The notes below the pieces were generated by a model that searched no databases, was not told the DNA's origin, and was given only the letters and a program-made list of their open reading frames with translations. From the NCBI GenBank assembly GCA_951406725.2, contig OX597826.1:25234001-25298000 (forward strand): a stretch of DNA of 64,000 nt, given 5' to 3'. How positions within the stretch are numbered: the first letter of the stretch is position 1; each line of letters opens with the position of its first letter. This DNA is from Octopus vulgaris (Eukaryota). Below are positions 26,520 to 40,631 of the stretch, piece after piece. Both the position numbers and the translations under genes were made by a program.

Positions 26520-27164
26520 GAGCACTCAGAGAGCACAAACCTCTGCAAAGGCAACATCAACATCATCTCAATGATTAGCCGGAGATGATTTTTAAAATGA
26601 GAATATCTGAAATAAACTCGAATGCTCTCACAAATGAGAATTCTAAAAATGAACCGGACCACTCTCAAAAATTAGGTTAAAAAAACAAAAAAAAAAGGAA
26701 AAATAAGCCAGAATCCTTGTTTGGTACCAGATTGATCCAAAAATCTAATCAGTTTGTGCCAATCATGAGGCCAAACATCCCTGAAAGTTTCATCCGAATC
26801 CATCCAGTGGTTCTTGAGATATCTTGTCCAGGGACAAACAAATAAACACGACTGAAAACAATACATATTTCTTTATTACCCACAAGGGGCTACTTACAGA
26901 TATATATTTCTTTACTACCCACAAGGGGCTAAACATAGAGGGGACAAACAAGGTCAGACAAAGGGATTGAGTCGGTTACATCGACCCCAGTGCGAAACTG
27001 GTACTTAATTTATCGACCCTGAAAGGATGAAAGGCAAAGTCGACCTCAGCGGAATTTGAACTCGGATCGTAACGACAGACGAAATACGGCTACGCATTTT
27101 GCCCAGCGTGCTAACGTTTCTGCCAGCTGGCCACCTTCAACTGAAAACAATACCTCTGCCTTCC
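26520..27164. mobile_element. Helentron/HINE-like non-autonomous element interrupted by SINE B
   Basis: Starts gagcactcagagagcacaaacctctgc and ends aaacaatacctctgccttc. SINE B (26865-27139, minus) is flanked by the 14-bp TSD actgaaaacaatac (26851-26864 and 27140-27153). Confidence 0.6.
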
Positions 27165-29945
27165 AGTTATTGGAAAATATCACCTTGCCTGCAAACAAGT
27201 GGCTATCTATTGCTTACTCTTCACTACTTTCACTTCAACATATATTTATCATCAACCACCATTCAAAGCCTTATCCTTCATTCATTATGTCCCCACCCTT
27301 CACTTTTTCTCCATCCCTAACTATTCCTCACCCACCCCATATACTCTTGCAGCCCCACTCACTCACACACACTATTCTTTTTTCTCCATTCACTACAGTT
27401 CCCCTTGAAAGTCCAGCCTGACACCTCAACACCACCATTTTATCTCTCTTTTAAGCTCAACTCTGGTTACTTCCATCTACACAATGAGTAACCATGTAGC
27501 TCCTCTGCAGCAAAAACCTAGTCTGCTCTGGTCCCTTCTTACATAGTTTAAACCCCCTCATCTCCTAGGACAAAGCCACTTCACTCTTTATTGTGGCCCT
27601 ACCCATTTGAAAAGGATCTTAGTTTTGCATGTGGCATAGCAACCTCATTAGGGCCGATGTCATGCAAAAACAAAAAAAAGCTCACAGTGCACACTGTACA
27701 GTGATTGGAGTTAGGAAGGGCACCCAGCTGTAGAAACCACACCAAAGATGACTTTGGATCACAATAGATTCTTTAGAACTGTCAGATTTTGTCAAATCAT
27801 CCAACCTATGCTAGCATGGAGGAAAATGGATAACAAATGCCGATGAGGATGATGATGGTGGTGATGATGATGATGATGATTGTGGTGATGATGACTGGTG
27901 ATGATGATGATTGTGGTGATGATGATGAGTTATATAAAAGCTTGCAATCGTGTTTACTAGTTCTTGCTACATGTGAATTTTGAGCATTTAAAAGCTAGCA
28001 AATTTTAACAAAGGAACCAACATGTGTGATAGATTAATCATTGGTTTCTTTGTAAATGGTCATCACATGATCCATGATTCAATTGTAAAGCAGTTGTGAG
28101 GATTTCTTAAACAACAGGAAAGTAAAAAGGCAAGATTAATTAATGGTCCATGCATGAAATTCATTTCCTCCTGTGTTTCCCAGTAAAACACTGCCAAAAG
28201 TTTCTGCCTCATAATTTTACAAACACACACACACACACACACACACAGAAGTGATGATTACTTAAAGTGGATGAAACTTGTGGAAGAAGGAGACCCAGGA
28301 AAAAAAGTATTGAAGGCCAATCTCAAGACCCTGACCCTTACAAAGAAGATGACATAGAAGCGAGGTATCTGGGGCTTTGCTGTACTCAAGAAAACCCATT
28401 CATCATAGCAGAATTGAAACTGGTGCTGGCGCCATGTTAAAAGCACCCAGAACACTGTGTTGTTGTTGTTGTTAGGAAGAGCATCAAGCTGTAGAAACCA
28501 TGTCAAAGCAGACAACTGGAGTCTGGGGAGGCATTACCAGCCCTTAAGAAACTGCCCAGCTCATGCCAATATGAAAAACATGTTAAATGATAATGATGAC
28601 ACACACACACACGCACACCATATATAAACATAGACATCATCACCATTTAATGTTCTCTGGCCATGCTGGCAACGGTTGAATGATTTGAGGGGGGGATGGG
28701 ATGACAGAAGACTGGGTTAAGCTCCATCTGCTTTGGCACAGTTTCTCTAGCTGGATGCTCTTCATACAAATACATACATACATTTCTGCTTTTTTTTTCA
28801 TTCTTTCTCCATTTTCCCCCCTCCTTTCTGTCGAAGAGCTTACACTTGAAACATCAAAGACATATTCATTCTTCCCAAGTGTCAAACTAATACTTCTGCT
28901 TATTCCCTCACCTGTCTTCATCTTTTGTTTTCTGTAAATTTGAACCAACACACACACACACACATGTATATGTGTTGTGATTGCTTCATTTTGCTGTCTT
29001 GGTGAAATCATGCAGCACCCACACCACCACACACAAACACATGTGCATGTGCATATATAACCATTTCTGGAAAAAGCTTAATGTCAATGACACAAAAACC
29101 TATTGAATGTAATACCGTCAAAATTTGTCACGTTGCTTATCTTATACAATCAAATCAATATCATAAAAAAAAAGAAGAAAAACCCATCACGAGAGAAAAC
29201 ACCAGAAAGACAAATAACTAGCAAGTAAAACTATCTTACCCTGGGTAGATTTCTGACTGGATACACATCTTTTATCTGTTGCTCGTTCCAGACATTTGAC
29301 TGCAGCCATGCTGGGGCACTGCCTTGAAACTTTTGTTGAATGTATTAACCTCAGCACTAATTATTTTTTAAAGCCTGCTTACTTACTGTATCAGTCACTT
29401 TTGCCAAACTGATAGGTTATGGTGACATAAACACACCAACACCAGTTGTCAAGTCGTGATGGGGGATAAACACAGACACAAAGACATGCACACACACACA
29501 CACACACACACATGATGGGCTTCTTCCAGTTTTTAATTTCTTTATTCCTCTCAAGGCGCTACACACAGAGGGGACAAACAAAGACAGGCAAACGAAGTAA
29601 GTCGATTATATTCGACCCCAGTGCATAACTGGTACTTAATTTATCAACCCCGAAAGGATGAAAGGCAAAGTCAACCTCGGCGGAATTTGAACTCAGAACG
29701 TAGCAGCCAATGAAATACCACTTAGCATTTCATCCGGCATGCTAACGTTTCTGTCAGCTAGCCACCTTTCAGTTTCTGTCTACTAAATCCACTCACAAGG
29801 CTATAGGAGAAGACACTTGCCCAAGGTGCCACACAGTGGGACTGTACCCTGAACCATTTGGTTGGTAAGCAAGCTTCTTACCACACAGTCATGCCTGCAT
29901 CTTATCTCTGTGTGTATGTGGTGTGTATATATATATATGTCTATA

Positions 29946-29987
<42 letters not shown>

Positions 29988-29988
<1 letters not shown>

Positions 29989-31030
29989 TAGCTTAAGGTG
30001 ACCTGCTCTACGCGCGGGTAAGAGTGTGGTTGTTACTTTCTTTCAGCACGTAAAAAGCACCATCTGAAGGTGGCCGATTGCAGCACCGCCTTGACTGGCT
30101 TCCGTGCTGGTGGCATGTAAAAAGCACCAACCGATCGTGGCCGCTACCAGCCCCCCTGGCACCTGTGCCAGCAGCACGAAAAAAGCACCCACTACACTCA
30201 CAGAGTGGTTGGCGTTAGGATGGGGATCCACCTGTAGAAACACTGCCAGATCAGACTGGAGCCTGTTGCAGCCACCTGGCTTCCCAGACCCCGGTCAAAC
30301 TGTTCAATCCGTGCTAGCACAGAAAACGGATGATAAACGATGATGATGATGATGATTCTCCCTCTTTGTTTCTCTCTCCCTTTCCCACTCTCTTACTTTT
30401 CTTTTCTCTCGGACTCTCCCTTGCTTTCTCTTACTCTCTATCTTTATCTATCTCTCTTCCATTTATAAACAACAAAAGATCTTGAGTAAGTTGAGAAATA
30501 AAATATTGGAAACCAAAGTTTGAAGGGATAGAATCTGAGGATAGTAGAGTCACCATGGCTGGCATTTCTTAACGACGGACAGCAACGTATTGACAGTTTA
30601 ACAGCTGGCGTAAAATTTTGAACTTGATGTAAAAGAAAATTCCTAAACACCAAGTTTTGAAGTGATTCTTTCTCACGACAGTAGACTCACCATGGCAAGC
30701 ATTCAAAACTTTTTCATTATGGACGGCAACACATTGACGATTAAAAGGCTGGCGCAAATTTTTTAGCTTGATGTAACAGAGAATTCCTAAACACCTGCTC
30801 CTTTAAATTTTAATCCCCTTCCAGCCCCATTTAGACCCTTTTTCACATTTTGGTTAATATAACCCAATTTCATTCGGGTCTACTGGAGCCACATTTTATA
30901 AGATGAGGAATTTTGTCCTAGAGGTGACGCCTTTCATTTGAGGAAAAAAATAGTTGTCATGCAAACTTGCCAGCACTTTTAACGTAGGTGTGCATATTTT
31001 CAGCTCAACCGACCACATAATGCACACATC

Positions 31031-31085
<55 letters not shown>

Positions 31086-31568
31086 CACGCATTACATATA
31101 CAAATGTATACAAGTTATATATATATATATATGAATAAATAAAATTAGAGATAAAACCACTAATAGGCAAATCAAACAGTGAAAAACAAAAAACAAAAAC
31201 ATAATAATAAAAATATAATATACAAAATATATAAAATATAAAATTTAAAAATTTAAATTATTAATTTATATTTATAATTTTAAAAAAAATATATATAACT
31301 ATCAAAAAGGATTAAAAAGTTTAATATACATAAATACAGATATATACACTTTGTATATATACATTATATATACATACACACACATATATAAATGAACCCA
31401 ATAAATATCTGATTCATAATATTTGTTCTCATGATTGTGTGGTGGTGGTGGCGATGATAATTCTCTCTATGAATGCAGACAGACATAGAGAGAGAGAGAG
31501 TGTGAAAGAGAGAGTTTGTTCCAGACAAACAAACAAACAAACAAACTTTTCGCATTTCAGTTTTATAA

Positions 31569-31571
<3 letters not shown>
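29988..31571 (-). mobile_element. Non-autonomous Helitron with nested insertions
   Basis: Minus strand: A|TC at 31571 followed by (GTTT)n; degenerate hairpin acctgctc-tac-gcgcgggt (30001-30019); CTAG|T at 29988-29991. Two internal tandem units of about 140 bp at roughly 30510-30795. That the two ends belong to one element is inferred. Confidence 0.6.
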
Positions 31572-31617
<46 letters not shown>

Positions 31618-31880
31618 TACATATATACACACATACATATATACACACATACATATATACATACATAAATATATGCTGACACACACACACACGTGCATAC
31701 ACACATGTATGCACATCACAATGTGTGTGTGTGCATGCATGCATCTATGTGTGAGTGGCTGTAGGTTGAGGGGGATGTCATTACCATTTCAGAAATTGCT
31801 TTTCAGATACAAATTCTGAAATCTCCTATGAGGCCCTGTATAGTCTGCTTGGCTGTCAGATGATACGTGTGCTTATGTGT

Positions 31881-31938
<58 letters not shown>

Positions 31939-32015
31939 GTATATATATATATAGAGAGAGAGATAAATATATATGTATATTTACATGTACATGTGTGTGT
32001 GAGTATGTATATATA

Positions 32016-32072
<57 letters not shown>

Positions 32073-32828
32073 CAGCATAGAAAAATAGGCATAATGCTGA
32101 TGGTGGTGATGATGATATCAACTATCGCAGACACTGACATTCCTGACTTAAAAAAGAAAGAAAATACAAAAAAAAAACAAAAGGAAAGAAATTACTACAG
32201 CTATGTGTTGACTGAACTTTACAAGAAATTAAAGGAATGTAATGTTAGAGAGATAAAATAAGTCACTTTCTCAGTTAATGAATAAATGATTAAGCACACT
32301 GACTAATATATACACACATCACTCGACACTACAAGGAACAAAATTAATGTCACTCACACTCAAATAAAATCTATGACACATGATAAGTATGAAATGTGTT
32401 TCATACTCTAATGAAGAAAGAGGTCATACGTAATCTGTTAAGTATATTAAGTAAAATGACTGATTTACCACTTCAGTGTTTTATGGTTTATATAGGAGCA
32501 GGCATGGCTGTGTGGCTAGTAAACTAGCTTAGCAGTCATGTGGTATCAGGTTCAGTCCCACTGCGTGGAATCTTGGGCAAGTATCTTCTACTGTGGCCCA
32601 AGGATGACCAATGTCTTGTTAATGAATTTGGTAGAGGGAAACTGTATGGCAGACCATTGTGTGTGTGTGTGGGTGTGTGTGTGTGTGTGTGTGTGCTGAA
32701 AAGTTACTGGCTTTAAGGATATCGTGAAAGGCTTGGTTGGAGGCCCAACCTTCAGAGTTCCTTTATAGAGCTTAAAAACACCTGAAGGACCACTGTAATG
32801 AGCATGTGAATCTAAGAGGGGAATATAT

Positions 32829-33035
32829 TACTCTTTTACTTGTTTCAGCCATTTGACTGCGGCCATGCTGGACCACTGCCTTTAGCCGAGCAAATCAACC
32901 CCAGGACTTATTCTTTGTAAGCTTAGTACTTATTCTATCGGTCTCTTTTGCTGAACCTCTAAGTTACAGGGATGTAAACACACTGGCATCGGTTGTCAAG
33001 CAACGTTGGAGGGACAAACACAGACACAAACATAT

Positions 33036-33100
<65 letters not shown>

Positions 33101-33266
33101 TATGACGGGATTCTTTCAATTTCTGTCTACCAAATTCACTCACAAGGCTTTGGTCGGCCCGAGGCTATAGTAGAAGACACTTGCCCAAGGTGCCACGCAG
33201 TGGGACTGAACCCGGAACCATGTGGTTGGTAAGCAAGCTACTTACCACACACCCACTCCTACGCCT
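32829..33266 (-). mobile_element. SINE family A, full length
   Basis: Complete head, CORE-like segment and tail. Confidence 0.88.
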
Positions 33267-34041
33267 GTGAATATAATCATAATTAACTGATCCTCCTGTA
33301 TTTTCTTTTACCCAAAGCTAGGAACTTTTCAGCACCCACTTGTGTATATGTGTGTGTGTGTGTGTGTGTCTGTGTGGGGTCTAGTGGTTAGGGTGTGGTA
33401 TTCATGATTACTAAATTGTGGTTTTGCTTCTTGGATTGGGTGGTGTGTTGTATCCTTGAGCAAAACACGTCATTTCATGTTGCTCTGTGATCATTTCGTC
33501 ATCTTTCATGTGGCACACCACGCACCTGTACAGGTAATGTTGATTTGATGGAGGTAGTAAGCTTCTGTACAGCACCTACGTCTAATCATGATAAACAAAT
33601 CATTTGTGCATATTGTTCAATAAAATCTGAATGGGAGATTCCACCAAATGTGTGTGTGTGCTTGCCTTTTCCCATTATATGACAACCTGTGTTGCTTTAT
33701 GTACATCACTGTCACTTAGCAGTTCAACCAAAGAGAGTGAATAAATAGCAGATTTAAAACATGAAAAAAATTAGTACTGGGATCAATTTGCTTGACTAAA
33801 CCCTCAAGGCAGTGCCCCAGCATGGTCATAGTCCAATGACAGAAACAAGTAATATGAAAGTAAAAGGCAAATGGAAGAGGAGCAGCATCATCCAACTGGC
33901 TAGAAATAGCAGCTAAGCCTCCATCAAATCACACCCTAAGTTAAGGACACATTAAATAATATAGTCATATATAGAAATAAGGTAGAGTATTTGCAGAGTC
34001 GTTTGGGTGTTGGATATAAATGCCTTGTAGTATTTGTTTTC

Positions 34042-34438
34042 AGGCATAGGAGTGGCTGTGTGGTAAGTGACTTGCTTACCAACCAAATGGTTCCAGGATC
34101 AGTCCCACTGCGTGGCACCTTGGGCAAGTGTCTTCTACTCTAGCCTCGGGCTGACCAATGCCTTGTGAGTGGATTTGGTAGACGGAAACTGAAAGAAGCC
34201 CGTCATATATATGTATGTGTGTGTGTATATGTTTGTGTGTCTGTGCTTGTCCCTCCCAACATCGCTTGACAACCGTGTGTTTACGTCCCCGTAACTTAGC
34301 GGTTCGGCAAAAAAAGAAACCGATAGAATAAGTACTAGGCTTACAAAGAATAAGTCCTGGGGTCAATTTGCTCGACTAAAGGCGGTGCTCCAGCATGGCC
34401 GCAGTCAAATGACTGAAACAAGGAAAAGAGAGTAAAAG
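34042..34438 (+). mobile_element. SINE family A, full length
   Basis: Complete copy, inverted relative to 32829-33266. Confidence 0.88.
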
Positions 34439-34901
34439 ACTCTTTATATTCTGAGTTCAAATTGTACCATGGTCGACTTTGTCATTCAACATTTCAGAGA
34501 AGGAGGTGAGGAGGGGGGGGGCAATAAAACGGTTTCAATCCAGGGAAGCAGAATAGCAGAACTATTGCAGTGGTTCACATCTGAGGCCCATGTGGCCCCT
34601 GAGGGTCCATATAAGATTTTATTGTTGGTTACACTTTTACAATACACAAAATGTCTTAACAATTTTTTCATACTATTTCGAATAATATTTAATTATAAAA
34701 ATACAGTAAGATCTTTTTACATCCAGTGGATAGCTATGGAGGTCCAGTGAAATAAAATAGGTATCAAAGGGGTCCATAGGAAAAAAAAATGGTTAAAGGA
34801 TCAGGTGAGATGTCTTGCAGTATCTACTCCAGCTCATTTTGTGTTTTGATAGCAATGAAGTCAATGGCACTGGTGCTAAAATGTATTGGCCCAAGATGTA
34901 T

Positions 34902-35318
34902 AAGACGGCGAGCTGGCAGAAACGTTAGCACGCCGGGCGAAATGCGTAGCTGTATTTTGTCTGCCGTTACGTTCCGAGTTCAAATTCCGCTGAGGTCGAC
35001 TTTGCCTTTCATCCTTTCGGGCTCGATAAATTAAGTACCAGCTACGCACTGGGGTCGATATAATCGACTTAATCCGTCTGTCTGTCCTTGTTTGTCTCAT
35101 CTGTGTTTACCCCTTGTGGGTAGTAAAGAAATAGGTATTTCGTCTGCCGCTATGTTCTGAGTTCAAATTCCGCCGAGGTCGACTTTGCCTTTCATCCTTT
35201 CAGGGTTGTTTAAATAAATACCAGTCACGCACTGGGGTCAATATAATCGACTTAATCCATTCGTCTGTCCTTGTTTGTCACCTCTGTGTGTAACCCCTTG
35301 TAGGCAGTAAAGAAATAA
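34902..35318 (+). mobile_element. SINE family B with tandemly duplicated body and B1 tail
   Basis: A full copy followed directly by a 5'-truncated second copy starting ggtatttcgtctgccgc. Confidence 0.85.
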
Positions 35319-35420
35319 GATGTATTGGCCCAAGGTGACAGCCTTTCCCATACATATACATTAGTGGTGTAAAGCAAAGAAACTTACAGTTAGGCAACTA
35401 CCCATCTGTTTGAGTTTCGC

Positions 35421-36424
35421 TAATCCCTTAGCATATAAACCATCCATATCCGGTTCAGATATTTTTACCTGTTTTATGTTTAAACTGTAAAGAGGCGTAT
35501 GAGTGGCTGTCTTGGTAAGCAGCTTACTTACAGACCATATGGTTCCGGGTTCAGTCCCACTGCGTGGCACCTTGGGCAAATGTCTTCCACTATAGCCTCA
35601 GGCCGACAAAAGCCTTGTAAGTGGATTTGGTAGACAGAAACTGAAAGAAGCCTGTCGTATATATGTATGTGTGTGTGTATGTTTATGTGTCTGTGTTTGT
35701 CCCCTGAACATCGCTTGACAACCGATGCTTGTGTGTTTACGTCCCCGTAACTTAGAGGTTCAGCAAAACAGACTGATAGAATAAGTACTAGGCTTATAAA
35801 GAATAAGTCCTGGGGTTGATTTGCTTGACTAAAGGCGGTGCTCCAGCATGGCCACAGTCAAATGACTGAAATAGGTAAAAGAGTAAACTAGCCCCTTACA
35901 CCTACCCTACAATGCCATTCTAAAATTATGGTGTCTTGCAGTACTCATGAAGACTTGACAAAGGACCGAGATGCCTAATATCTTGTACTTAAGATCTGTA
36001 CTCCACAGCAGAAGCATTAAGGTCACAACCTGCCCCCCACCTCCGAGTAAAGAGGACCGACTTGCAAGAATCCTGTACTGATTCCACAGAGAAAGCACTC
36101 ATGCTGGTGCCATGTTTGAGTGCACGTGCAGTGCCACATAAAATCACCCAGCCCACTCTGTAAAGTGGTTGGTGTTAGGAAGGGCATCCAACCATAGAAA
36201 CGAAGGACAAACTGACTGGAGCCTGGTGCAGCTCTCCAGCCTTGCCAACCCTTGTCAAACCATCCAACCCATGCCAGCATGAACAACAGAAGTTAAATGC
36301 TGATGATGATGATAAAATTACATCACGGCAATCTCAAAGCTATGAAATAATGCACGATTAATTCAGAACAATGTGAATAAATAAGCATTACATTGACTGA
36401 GTAATCTGAATGCTTAAGGGTTAA
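35421..36424. mobile_element. piggyBac-like MITE interrupted by SINE A (35492-35887) and an RTE-tail element (about 35930-36312)
   Basis: Termini taatcccttagcat ... atgcttaagggttaa. An uninterrupted homologue lies at 53697-53921. Confidence 0.6.
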
Positions 36425-36774
36425 AATCCATGACTCCAGTATGGCCACGATCCATATGTAATAGAATGAAAGCAGAATAAAAGAACAGAATTACATAAAA
36501 CTGTAAGCATTTTGGTAAAATACAAGTTGGCTACAGCAAGTGAGGTTATTATTTATTAAATTAAATTCTTCGTTAACTCACAGCAAGTTCTATTAAAGCA
36601 TTTGTTGCTATTGATAATCCCAAGAAATCAATTTTAGTTTTTGAAAAATTAAGTGAAAACTGGGAATTCTACAGAACAATCACGTTACATGGGTTTCCTA
36701 GCAACGGCTAATTAGACATTGATAGGATCTTGCAGCAGTAGTGGAAATGATAATAATGATAACAATAACAACGT

Positions 36775-36965
36775 AGAGACAAATAAATTTCCAAAACACC
36801 AGGATTTATGAATATATATAACATACAGAAAATGGCACTACTAGGCACTGCATACATCCTACGTAAAGCTCTTTCAATACAGTGAAAATAACAATACCGA
36901 AACAAACCAAGGCACACAGAGCTACACTTGGTGAAAGCACGTAATAAAAATAAAACTACTGAATA
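36775..36965 (+). mobile_element. 3' end of an RLE-type (R4/Dong/NeSL-like) non-LTR element
   Basis: Encodes PGFMNIYNIQKMALLGTAYILRKALSIQ*; the 3' UTR is homologous to 56440-56560. Confidence 0.7.
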
Positions 36966-37208
36966 ACGATGATGATGATGATGATGATGATTTCAAATTT
37001 TGCCTCAAGGGCAGCAATTTTGGGGAAAGGGATGAGTTGATTACATTGACCCCAGTGTTCAACTGGTATTTATTTCATCGACCCCCGAAAGGATGAAATG
37101 CAAAGTCGACCTTGTTGGAATTTGAACTCAGAACATAATGATGGGTGAAATACCGCTAAGCATTTCGTCCAATATGCTAACAATAGTAGTAGTAGTAGTA
37201 GTAGTAAC

Positions 37209-37755
37209 AACCCTGATGCAATACCAAGCAATAGCTTTCAAGGCTTTGGATCTTAACTGATTGGAAGCATTATCATGTACATTGTTTTGTCTTGGTATAA
37301 AAGATGGGTTACAGTAAATATTCTGCTCAATACCACAGATTTGCTTGTCAGTTGCTTGACCTTAACCAGTTGAGCATGTCCCTTAGCATCTGATCAATAA
37401 GTGCATCTCTGATCATGAGTAGAAGTAGTTGAGGAGCATCATGGTCATGTGTTGAGAGGAATTCGTCTCTAGAAACATAGGTGTTTTGTTCCTCATCCTT
37501 AAACAACCCTTATTCAGGGACCTTTTAAGCAGAATGGGCTACTTGAACTGAAAAAAATTCTAACTGGGCCCCACCTGCAAGGTCATGCACTGTTTATCTT
37601 GATATGAGGTCTCCCTGTCACACACATATGGTTGTGATGCATGTGCCTGGTGTACCCTTATCAGATGGGCGGTCATGATGGGTATATTGGGCTTCATTTA
37701 TTTAAACCACAGTATCACTCTGATGGCACGTGCTACTCTCTCAATTAATAATAAT
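37209..37755. mobile_element. Unclassified ~540-bp non-coding interspersed repeat (family F)
   Basis: Colinear with 41175-41712; both copies abut (AAT)n or (AGT)n microsatellites. Confidence 0.8.
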
Positions 37756-38102
37756 ATTGTGGTTGATGAAATATGTACCAGTCAAATACTGGGGTTGATA
37801 TAATTAACATGCCCCTGGCATTCAAAATTGCTGGCCTTGTGTTGAAATTATAAAGGATTATTATCATTATTAACTTCTTTTGAATTCTTCATCTTTCCCT
37901 TATCATACCAAGTAGTACCCTGATGCTTAAAGAAAAATTTGGCAATACATACATTTAACAATGTATAACTATCATCATAAGGGCATAAATAAAACAGTAT
38001 ATGTCTTTGCAAGGTTTTTAAATTGATAATGCCCTTCTCAAGAAATGAACAATGCCAGTTATTATTACAAATACTATTATTATTGAGAAAAAGAGTAGCT
38101 GG

Positions 38103-38142
<40 letters not shown>

Positions 38143-38774
38143 CATCATCATTATTATTATGGGGCTACAGAATGCTAAGCTAAATACTAAAGTGGATGGG
38201 AAGAAAAGTCCCCACATGGTCAACAACCGAAATAAAAAAAAACATAAATGTATGAGTGTACTATGGGAATCTAATCTTAAAGGTGATTGGGGTCAACTCT
38301 ATAGACATTTTTACTGTGTGTGTGTGTGTGTGCAGACTTGCACATAAAGAAATAGCGTGTATACATTAATGGATTTAATAGTTTTGATGTTTCAATGCTT
38401 GTCAGAGGAATTCCTTGTAAACTTTTGTTACTTTTGGCCAACCTCCATTTGAGATTCATCAATATGCACTGATTTGCAATTAATTAAAAAACAAACAAAC
38501 AAATACTCTGATGGATTATCAGTTTTAAAATACATTACCATAAACAAATCCTATTATACCGACAAGGCTCCTAAGCAGTTTGCACTTAGAGAATGAAGAA
38601 GCAGCCAATTTTTTTATGTCAGTCTGATTGTTATTCGAACGAATTTTAAGTGCCGCAGTTGACTTAAAGTTATATTATAATTGTTCCAGTTGTTGTTGTG
38701 TTGCTGCTGTTGCTTTTGTTGTGTCGGTTTCTCCACCCAACCTACTCATCTTGCGCATCTTTATTTTTCAGTTT

Positions 38775-39010
38775 CACTTCCTCCTGTACTCTTGAGCACA
38801 TTGGGCAGAAAATTGACACCACTGGTTTCTGTTGGCAGCAGTTTTCTTTGTATCTAGCCATGTAATATTAGCCTCATTCATATCAGTTTATGAATGTCCT
38901 GCACCATGTAGGTTTCGGTATCCCTTTCTTTCTTTTCTTCTCCAGTGGTGCCCATCTGAAAGTTGTTTTAATGTAGTGTTCTAGTAGCCAGTGTGCGTGA
39001 CCTGTTAGTT
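38775..39010 (-). mobile_element. Degenerate RTE LINE C-terminal remnant
   Basis: ...FRWAPLEKKRKKGIPKPTWCRT...EANITWLDTKKTAANRNQWCQFSAQCAQEYRRK*. Confidence 0.7.
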
Positions 39011-39539
39011 TTAATTTTTGTATTCCAAGAATCAAATGGCATCCAAAAGCACACTGGGGTGGACAGGAGGAAAGAAACAACATAAACAGAATGTAGCACA
39101 CGTTACAACAACATGTTGTATGCCAGAACATACGCTGCACAGCATTAAGTGTACACTACATGGTATGTTTCTTTACAAAGTGAAGGAAGGAAGACCCCCT
39201 TTAGTCATGGATGACTATGAGATTGCACCTAGAAAGTTTCCCTCAAAGGCACAAGTCTGGGTACGGTTGTTTATGGAAACCAGCAGTTACCCATGCATAC
39301 CAGCCTCCCTCTCCACGCCAATGATGTTATCCAAGGGTGAGGCTAAGGCTGATACAGCTTGGCACCAGTAATGTCGCAACTTGTTTCTACAGATGAGTGA
39401 ACTGGAACAACATGAAAATAAAGTGTCTTGCTCAAGAACACAGCACACAGACCAGTCTGGCAATCGAACTCACTGCCCCATGATTGTGAGCCTGAAACTC
39501 AAACCAAAGACTCATGAGCTTCACAAAATATCAATGTCC

Positions 39540-39698
39540 CGGGTGTGGCTGTGTGATAAGTAGATTGCTTACCAACTACATGGTTCCAGGTTCAGTCCCA
39601 CTGCGTGGCATCTTGGACACGTGTCTTCTACTATAGCCTTGGGCCAACCAAAGTCTTGTGAGTGGATTTGTAAGGCGGAAACTGAAAGAAGCTTGTTG

Positions 39699-39744
<46 letters not shown>

Positions 39745-39975
39745 CATGTATGTGTGTGTATATGTTTGTGTGTCTGTGTTTGTCCCACCAACATCGCTTG
39801 ACGACTGATGCTGGTGTGTTTACATCTCCGTAACTTAGCAGTTCGGCAAAAGAGACCGATAGAATAAGTACTAGGCTTACAAAGAATAAGTCTTGGGGGT
39901 CGATTTGCTCGACTAAAGGCGGTGCTCCAGCATGGCCACAGTCAAATGACTGAAACAAGTAAATGAGTAAAAGAG
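39540..39975 (+). mobile_element. SINE family A
   Basis: Near-complete copy. Confidence 0.85.
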
Positions 39976-40082
39976 AGAGTATCTAAAACAATGGTTCTCA
40001 ACCAGGATTCATATATCCTTTGGGGAGGCCCATATAAGATTTTGCTGTTAAAATTTATATGCAATATATTGGTTGTACTTCT

Positions 40083-40631
40083 CTTCTTCTTTGCCCTTTT
40101 CAAGCCTAGCCAGGTTCATAGGCCCAGTTTCCCGGTTTCTGTGGCGTATGTGTTCCCCCCCAGCTGGACGGGATGCCAGTTCATTGCAGCATTACTCAAG
40201 AAACAGGAAGAGAGAGTGAGAGAAAGTTGTGGTGAAAGAGTACAACAGGGGTCGCCACCCCCTGCTGGAGCCTCATGGAGCTTTTAGGTGTTTGCACTCA
40301 GTAAATACACACAATGCCTGGTCTGGGGATTGAAACCGCAATCCTCCGACCGCGAGTCCGCTGCCCTAACCACTGGGCCAATGTGCCTCCACAAATAAAT
40401 GTGCCCTTTTAAAGCCTAGCCAGGCTCATGGGCCTGGTTTCTATGGCGTATGTGTTCCCCAGCTGGACAGGATGCCAGTCCATTGCAGCGTTACTCATTC
40501 TTGCCAGCTGAGTGGACTGGAGCAACGTGAAATGAAGTGTTTTGCTCAAGAACACGATGTGTCGCCCGGTCCAGGAATTGAAACCACAATTTTACGATCA
40601 TGACCCTAACCGCTAAACCACGTGCCTCCAC
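40083..40631 (-). mobile_element. Two different tRNA-SINEs head-to-tail, inserted into a hAT/Charlie-like MITE
   Basis: Heads at 40631 and 40392; a single 12-bp TSD ggttgtacttct at 40071-40082 and 40632-40643. The host MITE starts caatggttctcaacc near 39989, with relatives at about 8660-8790, 34570-34800 and 58120-58320. Confidence 0.8.

Noticed and set aside
29240-29256. Possible minus-strand microexon ending CCAGG|gtaag
   Set aside because: It would be 13 or 17 nt (frameshifting), has no polypyrimidine tract and lies next to a SINE tail.
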